Shown: positions 8,763 through 18,484 of the stretch, in pieces
Layout of the letters: every line of letters starts with the position of its first letter
How positions within the stretch are numbered: the first letter of the stretch is position 1
NCBI GenBank assembly: GCA_963796275.1
Contig: CAWCKY010000006.1
Location: forward strand, 224,001 to 288,000
From: an uncultured Acidobacteriota bacterium
GTDB taxonomy: Bacteria; Acidobacteriota; Blastocatellia; RBC074
Length of the DNA: 64,000 nt
Direction: 5' to 3'
The notes under the pieces: model-generated
Told to the model about the DNA's origin: nothing
The model's input: only the letters and a program-made list of their open reading frames with translations
Databases searched by the model: none
Program-made: the position numbers and the translations under genes

Positions 8763-10238
8763 ATGGTCATGTCTAGGAAAAAAAAGATCATTGCTTCGAT
8801 CGTCATAGCGGTGCCCCTCTTGCTGACTGGGGTAATTGTCGCCGGGGTCTTCTCGAGCCGTAATAATCAGGTCGAGGTTCAGACCGCCAAAATCGAACGG
8901 CGCGCCGTTCTCGAATCGAAGGTGACGGCGAATGGCGAGGTTCGACCGATTCGATACTTTGAACTCACAGCCGAAGTGCCCGGCCGCGTCACCGAGGTCT
9001 TCGTCAGAGAAGGGGAGAAGGTGAAGAAGGGTTCCCCGCTCCTTCGCGTTGACCCGACGCAGCTGGCAACATCGACATCATTTCAGGAAGCCGCGCTGCG
9101 CGCATCACAGGCTGAAAGCCAGACTCAGACGGCAGCTCTTGACGCGTCTGAGAATGCGGTCAATACCGCGCGCGCGCAACTCAACACATCGAAGGCGGAT
9201 TTCGATAAGTCGGCTGTCGAAAAAAACAATGCGGAGATCGAGCTCAAACGCGCCGCTGAACTGCTCGAAGGCGGAATCCAGTCGCGGTCGTTTTATGATA
9301 CCGCCAAAATGAGATTTGATGCGGCTTGCGCCTCAGTCGATGCGGCGAAAGCCCGGGTAAAGCAGTCGGAGGTCCAGGTGCGAGATGCGGAGATTCGCAT
9401 CAAACAGGCAAGCGCCACACTCAATTCGTCGAAGGCACGCGTCGCGCAGCAGCAGGCAAGCCTCGACCAGGCGGCCGACCAGCTCAGAAGGACAACGCAG
9501 TATGCCCCGATCGACGGGATCGTGGCCGGCCCCATCGTCAAGGAAGGCACATTCGCCCTCGCAAACTTTATGTCAACGCCTTTACTGCTAATCGCCGATA
9601 TGTCTGTCATCAACATCGAGGTCCGCGTCGATGAGACCGACATCGCGAACGTCGCGCTCGGCCAGAAGGCCAAGGTTAAAGTCGATGCCCTGGGAGACAG
9701 AGAGATCGAAGGCGAGATAGTTGAGCGGGCTGCCTGGGCACAGAATCGTTCGGGACAGACGACGGCTCTGACTGCCGCCGCAGCGAATCAGGAGGCGAAG
9801 GACTTTAAAGTCGTTATTCGGCTCACTAATTTGACCACCGATGAAGTACGTAGTCGCCTGAAACCGGGTATGTCAGCCACCGCAGTGATTACGACCGACC
9901 GGCGCGAGAATGCCATCGCCGTTCCGCTTCAGGCGCTGGTAGAACGCGACTCGCAACAGGTCGGACAGGGCGGGGGAAAACCCACCGGTCAAACCCAAAA
10001 TCCGAAGGACAAGAAGCCGGTCAAGGGCATCTTCACCATCCAAAATGACAAGTCGGTATTTGTCCCGGTCGAGACGGGGATCACCGGGGAGAACGACATA
10101 GAGATCAAGAGCGGACTGAAAGAAGGACAGGAGATCGTCACCGGCCCCTATCGCCAGCTACGCACACTGAAGAACGATCAGCAGATCAAGCGGGAAGATA
10201 AGAGCAAAAAACCAGCCGGCGAAGAAAGTAAAGCATAA
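8763..10238 (+). CDS. MacA/HlyD-type efflux periplasmic adaptor subunit
   Basis: N-terminal TM helix, lipoyl half-motifs ([19 protein letters not shown]; YAPIDGIV), long coiled coil, LKPGMSATA. Confidence 0.9.
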   Translation: MVMSRKKKIIASIVIAVPLLLTGVIVAGVFSSRNNQVEVQTAKIERRAVLESKVTANGEVRPIRYFELTAEVPGRVTEVFVREGEKVKKGSPLLRVDPTQLATSTSFQEAALRASQAESQTQTAALDASENAVNTARAQLNTSKADFDKSAVEKNNAEIELKRAAELLEGGIQSRSFYDTAKMRFDAACASVDAAKARVKQSEVQVRDAEIRIKQASATLNSSKARVAQQQASLDQAADQLRRTTQYAPIDGIVAGPIVKEGTFALANFMSTPLLLIADMSVINIEVRVDETDIANVALGQKAKVKVDALGDREIEGEIVERAAWAQNRSGQTTALTAAAANQEAKDFKVVIRLTNLTTDEVRSRLKPGMSATAVITTDRRENAIAVPLQALVERDSQQVGQGGGKPTGQTQNPKDKKPVKGIFTIQNDKSVFVPVETGITGENDIEIKSGLKEGQEIVTGPYRQLRTLKNDQQIKREDKSKKPAGEESKA

Positions 10239-10291
10239 TTCAGTAATCTCAGAGCTGCACACTATCAGCTATAAACCAGAGGTCCCTTCAA

Positions 10292-11080
10292 ATGTTGGTA
10301 GGCACAATACAAGAGCAGTCTAGAATTTCCGTGGTGCGAAGCAGGATGCAGGATGCGATGATTCGCGCACAAGATTTATGGAAGACGTATGTCATGGGAG
10401 GAGAGGAGATTCACGCGCTGCGCGGAGTCACATTTGAGATTAAGCGCAACGAATATGTCGCCATCATCGGCCCATCGGGCTCGGGCAAATCGACGCTGAT
10501 GAACTTGATCGGTTGTCTCGATACGCCGAGCAAAGGAGAATATTGGCTCAACGGCAAACTGGTCTCGCAGATGGATGACGACGAACTGGCGCACATCCGC
10601 AACAAGGAGATCGGGTTCGTCTTCCAGACATTCAATCTGCTGCCGCGCGCGACCGCATTGCACAACGTCGAATTACCGATGATTTACAATGGCACGCCGG
10701 CGGCCAAAAGAATAGAGATGGCTAAGAGGGCGCTCGAATCGGTCGACCTCGGCCAGCGCATGAACCACAAACCGAACGAACTCTCCGGAGGTCAACGCCA
10801 ACGCGTAGCCATCGCGCGGGCGCTCGTCAATAACCCGTCGATCATCCTGGCCGATGAACCAACGGGAAACCTCGATTCGAAGACATCGGAAGAGATCATG
10901 CAGCTCCTCGATGTGCTCCATAAACGCGGAAACACGATCATCCTCGTCACACACGAGCACGATATCGCCGCTCATGCTCATCGTGTCATTTCGATCCTCG
11001 ACGGGCGGATATCAAAAGATGAGCAAATCGGATGCCTGAGTTCACCTCGCTTATCGGAGTCTATTGAACGAAGAATGTGA
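10292..11080 (+). CDS. ABC transporter ATP-binding protein (MacB/LolD family, no permease domain)
   Basis: Walker [10 protein letters not shown], signature [24 protein letters not shown]. Confidence 0.95.
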   Translation: MLVGTIQEQSRISVVRSRMQDAMIRAQDLWKTYVMGGEEIHALRGVTFEIKRNEYVAIIGPSGSGKSTLMNLIGCLDTPSKGEYWLNGKLVSQMDDDELAHIRNKEIGFVFQTFNLLPRATALHNVELPMIYNGTPAAKRIEMAKRALESVDLGQRMNHKPNELSGGQRQRVAIARALVNNPSIILADEPTGNLDSKTSEEIMQLLDVLHKRGNTIILVTHEHDIAAHAHRVISILDGRISKDEQIGCLSSPRLSESIERRM

Positions 11081-11131
11081 CATGGCTCCGGCGGGCGGCG
11101 TTTCCATCAATGTTAGTCAGAGGAAAGAGAT

Positions 11132-11914
11132 ATGAGCGACAAGTCGTCAAACAAATGGGTTCTTTTCCCGAGGCCGAATCCGGCTGCTACGCTTCGTTTG
11201 TTCTGTTTTCACTATGCTGGCGGGAGTGCGCAGGCCTTTCATGATTGGCCCGGGCGTCTACCGCCGAGCGTGGAGGTGGGAGCGATTCAACTGCCGGGAC
11301 GCGGCAACAGACTCAGCGAACCTCATATCAGACGGCTGGCGCCGCTCAGCCGCATTGTTGCGCAAGAGCTACTGCCGTACCTGGACAAGCCCTTTGTTTT
11401 TTTCGGGCACAGCCTGGGAGCGTTGTTGTGTTTTGAAACGGCGCGCACCCTGCGACGCGAGAATCAGCATCAACCGGCCCATCTGTTCGTCTCGGCTACT
11501 GGGGCGCCTCATCGCCGAGGTCCGGACGAATGGATTTCCGGCTTGCCGAAGAGCTCGTTGGTCAGAAAACTTCGTGAGTTCAACGGTGCCCCTGTGGAAG
11601 CGCTGCAAAACGACGAACTGATGGATTTAATGTTGCCGACGATACGCGCGGATTTCGAACTTTGCGAGACCTATGAGTATCATCCGGAATTCCCGCTGGA
11701 ATGCCCGATGACAATCTATGGCGGGCTGGATGATCACGAAGTCGAAGCGGAGCGGTTGGTGGCCTGGAGCGATATGACCGTGGGACCTTGTGAGGTCCGA
11801 ATGTTTCCCGGCAGTCATTTTTACCTCAACAGTTCGCGGGCGAACTTTTTGCAAACCTTCGCGAGCGATTTGCTGCGATTGCGCCTGCAAATTGACCCGA
11901 GAGCACTTCGATGA
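11132..11914 (+). CDS. Type II thioesterase (GrsT/SrfAD family)
   Basis: LFCFHYAGGS, QLPGRG, GHSLG nucleophile motif, IRADF, GSHFY. Confidence 0.95.
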   Translation: MSDKSSNKWVLFPRPNPAATLRLFCFHYAGGSAQAFHDWPGRLPPSVEVGAIQLPGRGNRLSEPHIRRLAPLSRIVAQELLPYLDKPFVFFGHSLGALLCFETARTLRRENQHQPAHLFVSATGAPHRRGPDEWISGLPKSSLVRKLREFNGAPVEALQNDELMDLMLPTIRADFELCETYEYHPEFPLECPMTIYGGLDDHEVEAERLVAWSDMTVGPCEVRMFPGSHFYLNSSRANFLQTFASDLLRLRLQIDPRALR

Positions 11915-11919
11915 GGAAT

Positions 11920-12270
11920 GTTCGATGTCTTGAAGAATTTCACATCTACGATCGACGTTAGCACCAATGTTGCCAGGCCGATGATCGCCAGCGACTATAT
12001 TCGTTTTTAGCCGACTGGCGCTTCATCCGCCCGCGGTCATTAACAATGGCTGGTATCTCCGCATTGTTTCTCCCGCTCCCGCGGCACCGTTGTCCCTTCC
12101 GTAACGGCTGCATTATTCGCCGTTTCCTCGACCTTCCGTTGCAGCTGCAACTTCGCGCGTAACTCGGCTGCGCTTTGACAGCGCACCTCGCAATCCATCT
12201 CGATCATTCGGTTGATCAGCCATTCTAATTCCGGTGGTAAGCCTGGACAGGATCGGCCAGTCACGGCGGC
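11920..12270 (-). pseudogene. Remnant of a Ser/Thr kinase C-lobe end and TM segment
   Basis: PGLPPELEWLINRMIEMDCEVRCQSAAELRAKL resembles kinase subdomain XI. It is followed by stop codons and the hydrophobic SLAIIGLATLVLTSIV. Confidence 0.5.
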
Positions 12271-12660
12271 ATTCGCGCAGTGCTTCGAGCGCCACATCCG
12301 GGCCGACATTGTCGCGGAATTTGGAGCAGTCCGCGACTGTCTTGGCGATTTGGTAGACGCGCACCGTGATGCCTTCTATCCGATGTTCTTCGATGCCCTC
12401 GGTCAGCGCAGATCTAGAGAAATAATGAATCCGCAGCCGCGGTGATTCTACGCGTGGACGATGAGCGCCGCGCCCGATCTCCACCCATACTTCGAAAGGG
12501 GCCTGCGTCGTCAGGTTAGATGAGCGCGGAGAGCAGGCCGAGCGCGCCTTCCGGAACGAGCTTTGCCGCTTCGATGAAGCTTTTATGTTCGCTTAGTTCG
12601 GCGCCCAGCCGGTCGATATAGTCCGCGCCCGGCTCGTTCGAATGCTGCGCGTCGATAATT
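12270..12660 (-). pseudogene. Frameshifted AbiEi-type (type IV TA antitoxin) regulator remnant
   Basis: Fragments FERAGRGLYR, HKSFIEAAKLVP, LTTQAPFEVW and EGITVRVYQIAKTVADCSKFRDNVGPDVALEALRE lie in different frames. No AbiEii toxin nearby. Confidence 0.65.
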
Positions 12661-12888
12661 GGTCACGGCGGTAGGTTTCGTCAGCCTGGAAGAGTTGCGG
12701 GAATCCACCTGTGGCGCAGTCCGAGGCTCGCCTGAAAACATTCCGCGCAGCAAAGTGTATGAAAGTAAAAAAAGTAATATCTATGAATGTAATGGAAGTA
12801 TTGGTTGTCCGGAGACCGTTCCGAAGCCGATCAAAGATGTATGACTTATAGTCATGAATAAATAATTTGCCAGGCAATTGTTTCACCA

Positions 12889-13620
12889 GTGCTGCGTCAA
12901 CCTCACAGGCATACCCATTGCAACGGATGGTGCAGGATTTCAAGCGGAAAGGTTGAAAGGGTGAGCAATTTGTCATACAGCGTTGTTCAGATCGCTACGC
13001 GCCGTGATTATGTGGTCGTATTGCTGGGATTGTATGTTGTGTTCGGGGGCGCGATGGCTATCTCGCCGTTGGATCGTTCCGACTGGTTGCTGGAGAATCT
13101 GCTGGTCTTTGTCGCGGTTGGGTTGCTGGCAGCCACTTATCGCAGCTTTCCGCTCTCCAACCTTTCATATTTGCTGATCACGATCTTTATGACGCTGCAT
13201 GCGATTGGGGCTCATTATACTTACGAACATGTCCCGCTCGGCTATTGGATAAAAGATATCTTCGAGCTGCAGCGTAATCACTTTGATCGTATTGTGCATT
13301 TCGCTTTTGGCGTGTTGCTCGTGTATCCGGTACGCGAGGTTCTGCTGGGCCTGATGAAGGCACCAAGCTTCTGGACATACTTTCTTCCGTTCACCATTGT
13401 GCTGGCTGCGAGCGGCTTCTATGAGGTGCTCGAATCCTGGGTGGCGCAGATTGTTAGCTCCGAACTAGGCGCGGCTTACCTGGGAACTCAAGGAGATGTG
13501 TGGGATGCACAGAAGGATATGACCGCAGCGATGATTGGCGCATTGCTCTCCATGGCATTCATCGCCCATCGCCGTATTGCGGCTGTCAGAGCGCGTGTGA
13601 AACCTGAGGCATCGATGTGA
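12889..13620 (+). CDS. DUF2238/YjdF inner membrane protein (start uncertain, possibly GTG 12961)
   Basis: DWLLEN, LHAIGAHYTY, RNHFDRIVHF, YEVLE and LGTQGDVWDAQKDM motifs. Confidence 0.85.
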   Translation: MLRQPHRHTHCNGWCRISSGKVERVSNLSYSVVQIATRRDYVVVLLGLYVVFGGAMAISPLDRSDWLLENLLVFVAVGLLAATYRSFPLSNLSYLLITIFMTLHAIGAHYTYEHVPLGYWIKDIFELQRNHFDRIVHFAFGVLLVYPVREVLLGLMKAPSFWTYFLPFTIVLAASGFYEVLESWVAQIVSSELGAAYLGTQGDVWDAQKDMTAAMIGALLSMAFIAHRRIAAVRARVKPEASM

Positions 13621-13673
13621 TTGTTTACTGCTAAGAAGGAGGCCTCCCTGGCAGCACAGAAAGGAGATATGAG

Positions 13674-15071
13674 ATGGCTATCGGTACTGTCAATCCCGCA
13701 ACCGGAGAGACGCTTCGCTCATTTGAGGCGCTCTCGATGGCTCAGATCGATGCGAAACTCAAACTTGCGGCTAATACCTTTAGCAGCTACCGGCACACGC
13801 CGTTTGAAGAACGCGTTCGGATGATGGTACGAGCAGCAGAGATACTCGAAACGGAGAAGGAAAGTTTCGGCCGATTAATGACGATTGAAATGGGCAAACC
13901 CTTGCGGGCCGCGATTGAGGAAGCCGTCAAATGCGCGTGGGGGTGCCGCTTCTATGCGGAGAACGCAGCTGCTTTTCTGGCCGATGAAGTTATCTCTACC
14001 AATGCGACGCTCAGCTTTATTCGCTACCAACCGCTCGGACCGGTACTCGCCATTATGCCCTGGAACTTCCCATTCTGGCAGGTCTTCCGTTTCGCCGCGC
14101 CTGCATTGATGGCCGGCAATGTCGTTTTGCTCAAGCACGCGTCGAATGTGCCGCAATGTGCCCTGGCCATCGAGGAATTATTCCAGCGCGCTAGTTTTCC
14201 GAAAGGCGTATTTCAAACCCTGCTCATCGGTTCCGATCAAGTCCAGGGCCTCCTCGCTGATCCGCGCGTCATGGCGGCCACTCTGACAGGCAGCGAGCCG
14301 GCGGGAAGCAAAGTGGCGAGCGCCGCAGGCAAGCTGATCAAGAAGACTGTGCTTGAGCTGGGAGGCAGTGATCCATTCATCGTCATGCCGAGCGCTGATC
14401 TCAATGAAGCAGTGGCGACGGCAGTCAAAGCGCGCACCATCAATAATGGTCAGTCGTGCATCGCTGCCAAACGATTCATCATCGCCACGGAAATTGCGGA
14501 TGAGTTCGAGCGCCGCTTCGTGCAGGGTATGGAATCGCTCAATTTAGGCGATCCGATGGACGAGACGACCGACATCGGTCCGCTCGCCACCAGAGATATC
14601 CTGGCCACACTCGATGATCAGGTGAATCAAACGGTGGCCAATGGCGCACGCCTTCTCACCGGCGGCAAGCGATTGGAACGCCCAGGCTATTTCTACGCTC
14701 CGACAGTGCTTGCCGATATTCCCGAAGATTCGCCCGCCTATCGCGAGGAGTTATTCGGGCCGGTAGCATCGCTTTTTCGCGTGCGAGATCTGGATGATGC
14801 GATTCGGCTCGCCAATGACACGACATTCGGCTTGGCGGCCAGCGCGTGGACCAAAGATGAAGAGGAGCAAAGCCGATTGATTGAGGAGATCGATGTGGGC
14901 CTGGTCTTCATAAACGGTATGGTCGCCTCCGACCCGCGCCTGCCCTTTGGTGGAATGAAGCATTCAGGATATGGACGCGAACTCGGCGGTTACGGCATTC
15001 GTGAGTTCGTCAACATCAAAACGGTATGGATTAAAGCGGGAGCGGAGGCGAGTAACACGAGGACAGAATGA
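13674..15071 (+). CDS. NAD(P)-dependent succinate-semialdehyde dehydrogenase (aldehyde dehydrogenase family)
   Basis: IMPWNFP, LKHASN, TGSE, LELGGSDP, catalytic GQSCIA, EELFGP, PFGGMKHSGYGRE. Confidence 0.9.
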   Translation: MAIGTVNPATGETLRSFEALSMAQIDAKLKLAANTFSSYRHTPFEERVRMMVRAAEILETEKESFGRLMTIEMGKPLRAAIEEAVKCAWGCRFYAENAAAFLADEVISTNATLSFIRYQPLGPVLAIMPWNFPFWQVFRFAAPALMAGNVVLLKHASNVPQCALAIEELFQRASFPKGVFQTLLIGSDQVQGLLADPRVMAATLTGSEPAGSKVASAAGKLIKKTVLELGGSDPFIVMPSADLNEAVATAVKARTINNGQSCIAAKRFIIATEIADEFERRFVQGMESLNLGDPMDETTDIGPLATRDILATLDDQVNQTVANGARLLTGGKRLERPGYFYAPTVLADIPEDSPAYREELFGPVASLFRVRDLDDAIRLANDTTFGLAASAWTKDEEEQSRLIEEIDVGLVFINGMVASDPRLPFGGMKHSGYGRELGGYGIREFVNIKTVWIKAGAEASNTRTE

Positions 15072-15111
15072 GGTGCATTTTGTATTTATGCCGGTAAGTT
15101 CGGAGGGTTAT

Positions 15112-16293
15112 ATGAACAGCGGAGTTCACGTCGGGCGAATTTTTGGCATCAACATTCAGATAGATTGGAGCTGGGTCTTCATCTTTCTGCTTGTGACCTG
15201 GAGTTTAGCGGTAGGCCTATTTCCGAGTTGGCATCCCGATTGGAGCCCTGCGCTGAGTTGGGCGGTGGCCCTGTCTGCATCGATTTTGTTCTTTGCCTCG
15301 GTCCTTATGCACGAACTGGCGCATTCTCTGGTCGCCAAAGCGAAAGGATTGCCAGTGCGGCGCATCACTCTGTTCCTATTCGGCGGGGTTTCGAACATCG
15401 ACCGAGAACCACCTTCTCCGAAGGCCGAGTTCCTTATCACTATAGTCGGGCCAATTACCAGCATTCTGCTCGGAGCGGTTTTTCTGATGTTGAGTAGAAT
15501 CAGTTTCGGGTTGGAATCGACAGTCCCGACTGAACCATCCGAGATCTTTGCGCGGCTCAACCCGTTCTCCACGCTGCTGCTCTGGTTGGGATCGATCAAC
15601 ATTCTAGTGGGTATCTTTAATATGATACCTGGATTCCCCCTGGATGGCGGTCGTGTGCTGCGTTCGTTGTTGTGGATGGCGACAGGCAGCTTACGCAAAG
15701 CGACTCGCTGGGCGTCAGCTACCGGACAGGCGATCGCCTGGATCTTTATCGTCTCGGGCATCGTGGTCGTCTTCGGCGCACAGCTTCCGATTTTCGGGAA
15801 GGGATTGATCAACGGCCTCTGGTTGATCTTAATCGGCTGGTTCCTCAACGGAGCAGCAATTGCCGGTTATCGGCAAGTCGTGATACGTGACTTGCTTGAA
15901 GATGTTCCGGTCGGGCGTTTGATGCGGAGGGATATGCCGGTGGTGCCTCCCGATCTTTCAGTCAGCGCTCTCGTTTATCAATGGATTATGGGGACAGATG
16001 AACGCGCATTCCCGGTGGTTATCGGAGGAAGGATGGTTGGCCTGGTCTGTCTGGAGGATGCGCGCAAACTCCCGCGCGAGGCCTGGGATTCCACACCGGT
16101 CGAACAGATTATGACCAAAGCCGAGCAACTCGATGTGGTATCTCCGCGAGAGGACGCCAATGAGGCGTTTGAAAAGCTGACGCGGCGCGATGTGCGCCAG
16201 GTGCCTGTTATGGAGGATGGCCAGCTGGTCGGATTGCTGCGCCGCCGCGATATCGTCAAATGGCTTCAGATGCATTCGGAGCTAGCAGCTTGA
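15112..16293 (+). CDS. Site-2 protease (peptidase M50) with a C-terminal CBS pair
   Basis: HELAH zinc motif, FNMIPGFPLDGG and two CBS domains. SD GGAGG precedes ATG 15112. Confidence 0.92.
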   Translation: MNSGVHVGRIFGINIQIDWSWVFIFLLVTWSLAVGLFPSWHPDWSPALSWAVALSASILFFASVLMHELAHSLVAKAKGLPVRRITLFLFGGVSNIDREPPSPKAEFLITIVGPITSILLGAVFLMLSRISFGLESTVPTEPSEIFARLNPFSTLLLWLGSINILVGIFNMIPGFPLDGGRVLRSLLWMATGSLRKATRWASATGQAIAWIFIVSGIVVVFGAQLPIFGKGLINGLWLILIGWFLNGAAIAGYRQVVIRDLLEDVPVGRLMRRDMPVVPPDLSVSALVYQWIMGTDERAFPVVIGGRMVGLVCLEDARKLPREAWDSTPVEQIMTKAEQLDVVSPREDANEAFEKLTRRDVRQVPVMEDGQLVGLLRRRDIVKWLQMHSELAA

Positions 16294-16382
16294 TTGCCGA
16301 TTCGGATGCGGATTTGGAACCGCACGGAACCTTATATAGACGCAAATACGCAAACATATGAACCAGGCTGAATTGTAACTAT

Positions 16383-16428
16383 CAGTATCCAGTATCCAGT
16401 ATCCAGTATCCAGTATCCAGTATCCAGT
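16383..16428. repeat. Heptamer tandem repeat (CAGTATC) x6.6
   Basis: Read directly; lies between converging gene ends. Confidence 0.95.
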
Positions 16429-16450
16429 TGAGGGCGCGACCGCGTCAAAT

Positions 16451-18064
16451 CTACCCTTTCTCTCCCTTACCCAGACTTTTCATCGCTTCCGCCAAACTCT
16501 GCCGATCGCCCAGCACCGATGCGAAGAGGTCGCCTTTGCGCTCAATTCGCTTTCCTATGTTTTCAATGGTGAAATCCTGCGGAGTTACCTTCATCCGTTT
16601 GATTTCGCTCCAATCCAGTGGCGTCGAGACCGTCGCGCCTTCCCGCGCGCGAACCGAATAGGGAGAGGCGATCGACTTGCCTCGATTGTTTTGCATGTAA
16701 TCAACATAGACTTGGTCACTTCTCCTCTTCTTCAACGAGCGCTCGATGGTAGAGATCTCGGGCAGCTTGCCGGCGACCATCCCCGCCACCTGCTTGGCAA
16801 TCCGCGCCACCTTTTCGTAGTCGTATTCAGCTTCGATTGGAACATAGATGTGCATGCCTCGTGATCCTGATGTCTTCGCATAGCATGCGAGGCTCAATCG
16901 CTCCAGCGCCTCTTTCACTCCCAGCGCCACTTCGCAGATCGTACGATAGCGCACGCTTTCTCCCGGATCGAGATCGAAGACTATCCAGTCGGGATGGTCC
17001 AGGCTGTGAATGCGGGAGTGCCATGGATGTTGCTCGATCGCTCCGAGATTGGCAGTGTAGAGTAGAGTCGCAACTGTGCCTCCGATGCTGTAATCGACCT
17101 GATGGCCGTCTGCGACTTTGATCCTCGAGGTGCGAATGTATTCAGGGGCTTTGTCTACGTCGTGCTGATAGAAAAAACCTTTGGTGATGCCATTGGGGAA
17201 GCGTTTAAGTATCAGCGGGCGATCTAGTAAATGAGGCAGCAGGTGAGGAGAGATTTCATAGTAGTATTTGATCAAGTCGCCTTTAGTATAACCGTTCTCC
17301 GGCCAGTAAAATTTGTCCAGGTTTGTCAATGCGAGAATGTCGTTCTTGACTTTAACATTTGCGTTACCGCTCAACCTCCCGGCCCTGAAGAACTGTGCTG
17401 CTGAAATCGGCCTTTCGCCTATTGCTGCTTCACTCGAAGCAGATTTTCTCTTCCTCCGAATGCCGGGCTTCTTGCCTTCGCTCTTATCTGATCGCACTTC
17501 ACGCTTTTGCGACGCCGGCGTAAAATCCTTAACCTCGGATTGCAAGATAGTCTCAAGCTCCCATCCTGGCTCCGAAAACCCATCTTTTCCCTTGATGAGC
17601 AGCCATTGTCTCTCTCGGTTCTTCATCCGTATGAGATTAAATTCGCCCTGCAACTTATCGCCCCGCAATATGAAGCTTAATTTGCCCTTTCTGAAAGCCG
17701 CGCCCGGACCACCTTTTTTACTATCTTTATCATCCGGAACTATCTCATAAGTCCCGGCGTCCCAAATTCGCACCTCACCCGCGCCATAATTTCCCTCTTC
17801 GATGTGTCCTTCAAATTTCAGATAGTCAACAGGATGATCTTCAGTCGCAACCGCCAGCCGTTTTTCCTTCGGATCTAGGGTTGGGCCTTTCGGTACCGAC
17901 CAGGATTTGAGCACACCTTCAATCTCGAGTCTGAAATCGAAGTGCAACCGTGAGGCATGATGCTCCTGGACGACGAAGCGACGACGCCCGGGTTTAACCG
18001 TTTTCCCCTGAGGTTCAGGCGTACGCTTGAAATCCCTCTTCTTGCGGTAAGTTACCAGTCCCAT
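16451..18064 (-). CDS. ligD: LigD phosphoesterase plus polymerase domains (no ligase domain)
   Basis: PE domain: YRKKRDFKRTPEP, HFDFRLE, SWSVPKGP, TEDHP. POL domain: TKGDLIKYY, RFPNGI, VFDLDP, KTSGSRGMHIYVP, DYMQN, PYSVRAR. Confidence 0.92.
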   Translation of the reverse strand: MGLVTYRKKRDFKRTPEPQGKTVKPGRRRFVVQEHHASRLHFDFRLEIEGVLKSWSVPKGPTLDPKEKRLAVATEDHPVDYLKFEGHIEEGNYGAGEVRIWDAGTYEIVPDDKDSKKGGPGAAFRKGKLSFILRGDKLQGEFNLIRMKNRERQWLLIKGKDGFSEPGWELETILQSEVKDFTPASQKREVRSDKSEGKKPGIRRKRKSASSEAAIGERPISAAQFFRAGRLSGNANVKVKNDILALTNLDKFYWPENGYTKGDLIKYYYEISPHLLPHLLDRPLILKRFPNGITKGFFYQHDVDKAPEYIRTSRIKVADGHQVDYSIGGTVATLLYTANLGAIEQHPWHSRIHSLDHPDWIVFDLDPGESVRYRTICEVALGVKEALERLSLACYAKTSGSRGMHIYVPIEAEYDYEKVARIAKQVAGMVAGKLPEISTIERSLKKRRSDQVYVDYMQNNRGKSIASPYSVRAREGATVSTPLDWSEIKRMKVTPQDFTIENIGKRIERKGDLFASVLGDRQSLAEAMKSLGKGEKG

Positions 18065-18454
18065 ATCTCCTCCTTCTATCCTCCATCTTGACGAAGATGT
18101 CTCACCATCATCGGATACGGCTACTCCTCAACTCGTGCAGCGGGTACTTTTGTGCAGACCTGATGTGCGCCGTATACCTCCAAATTATCTCATCTCAGGC
18201 AGTCGCTTAAACTCATCCAGTAAGCCTGCACAACCACTGATTGAGGATTGATCAGTTGTCCAGGAGACAGCCAATAAAGCAATGGATTACCAAAGCGGTA
18301 CCAAGCTTACCGCACTCCAAAAAGACTCCGCCACCTCTGAATATCAGTTGAATTTGTCTCGATTTCCTAAGAAATCGAGGAGTTTGTGACACAAGTATCA
18401 CTAGGTTAGACAACTGAAAACTCATCGTTTCCGGATCATTCGTTAACAACGATA

Positions 18455-18469
18455 TGGCATGCAATTTGC
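18455..18469 (+). promoter_or_regulatory. Putative sigma54 -24/-12 promoter of the DNA ligase
   Basis: TGGCATGCAATTTGC with exact GG-N10-GC spacing, 15 nt before the ATG. Confidence 0.65.
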
Positions 18470-18484
18470 GTACTACCACTGCGA

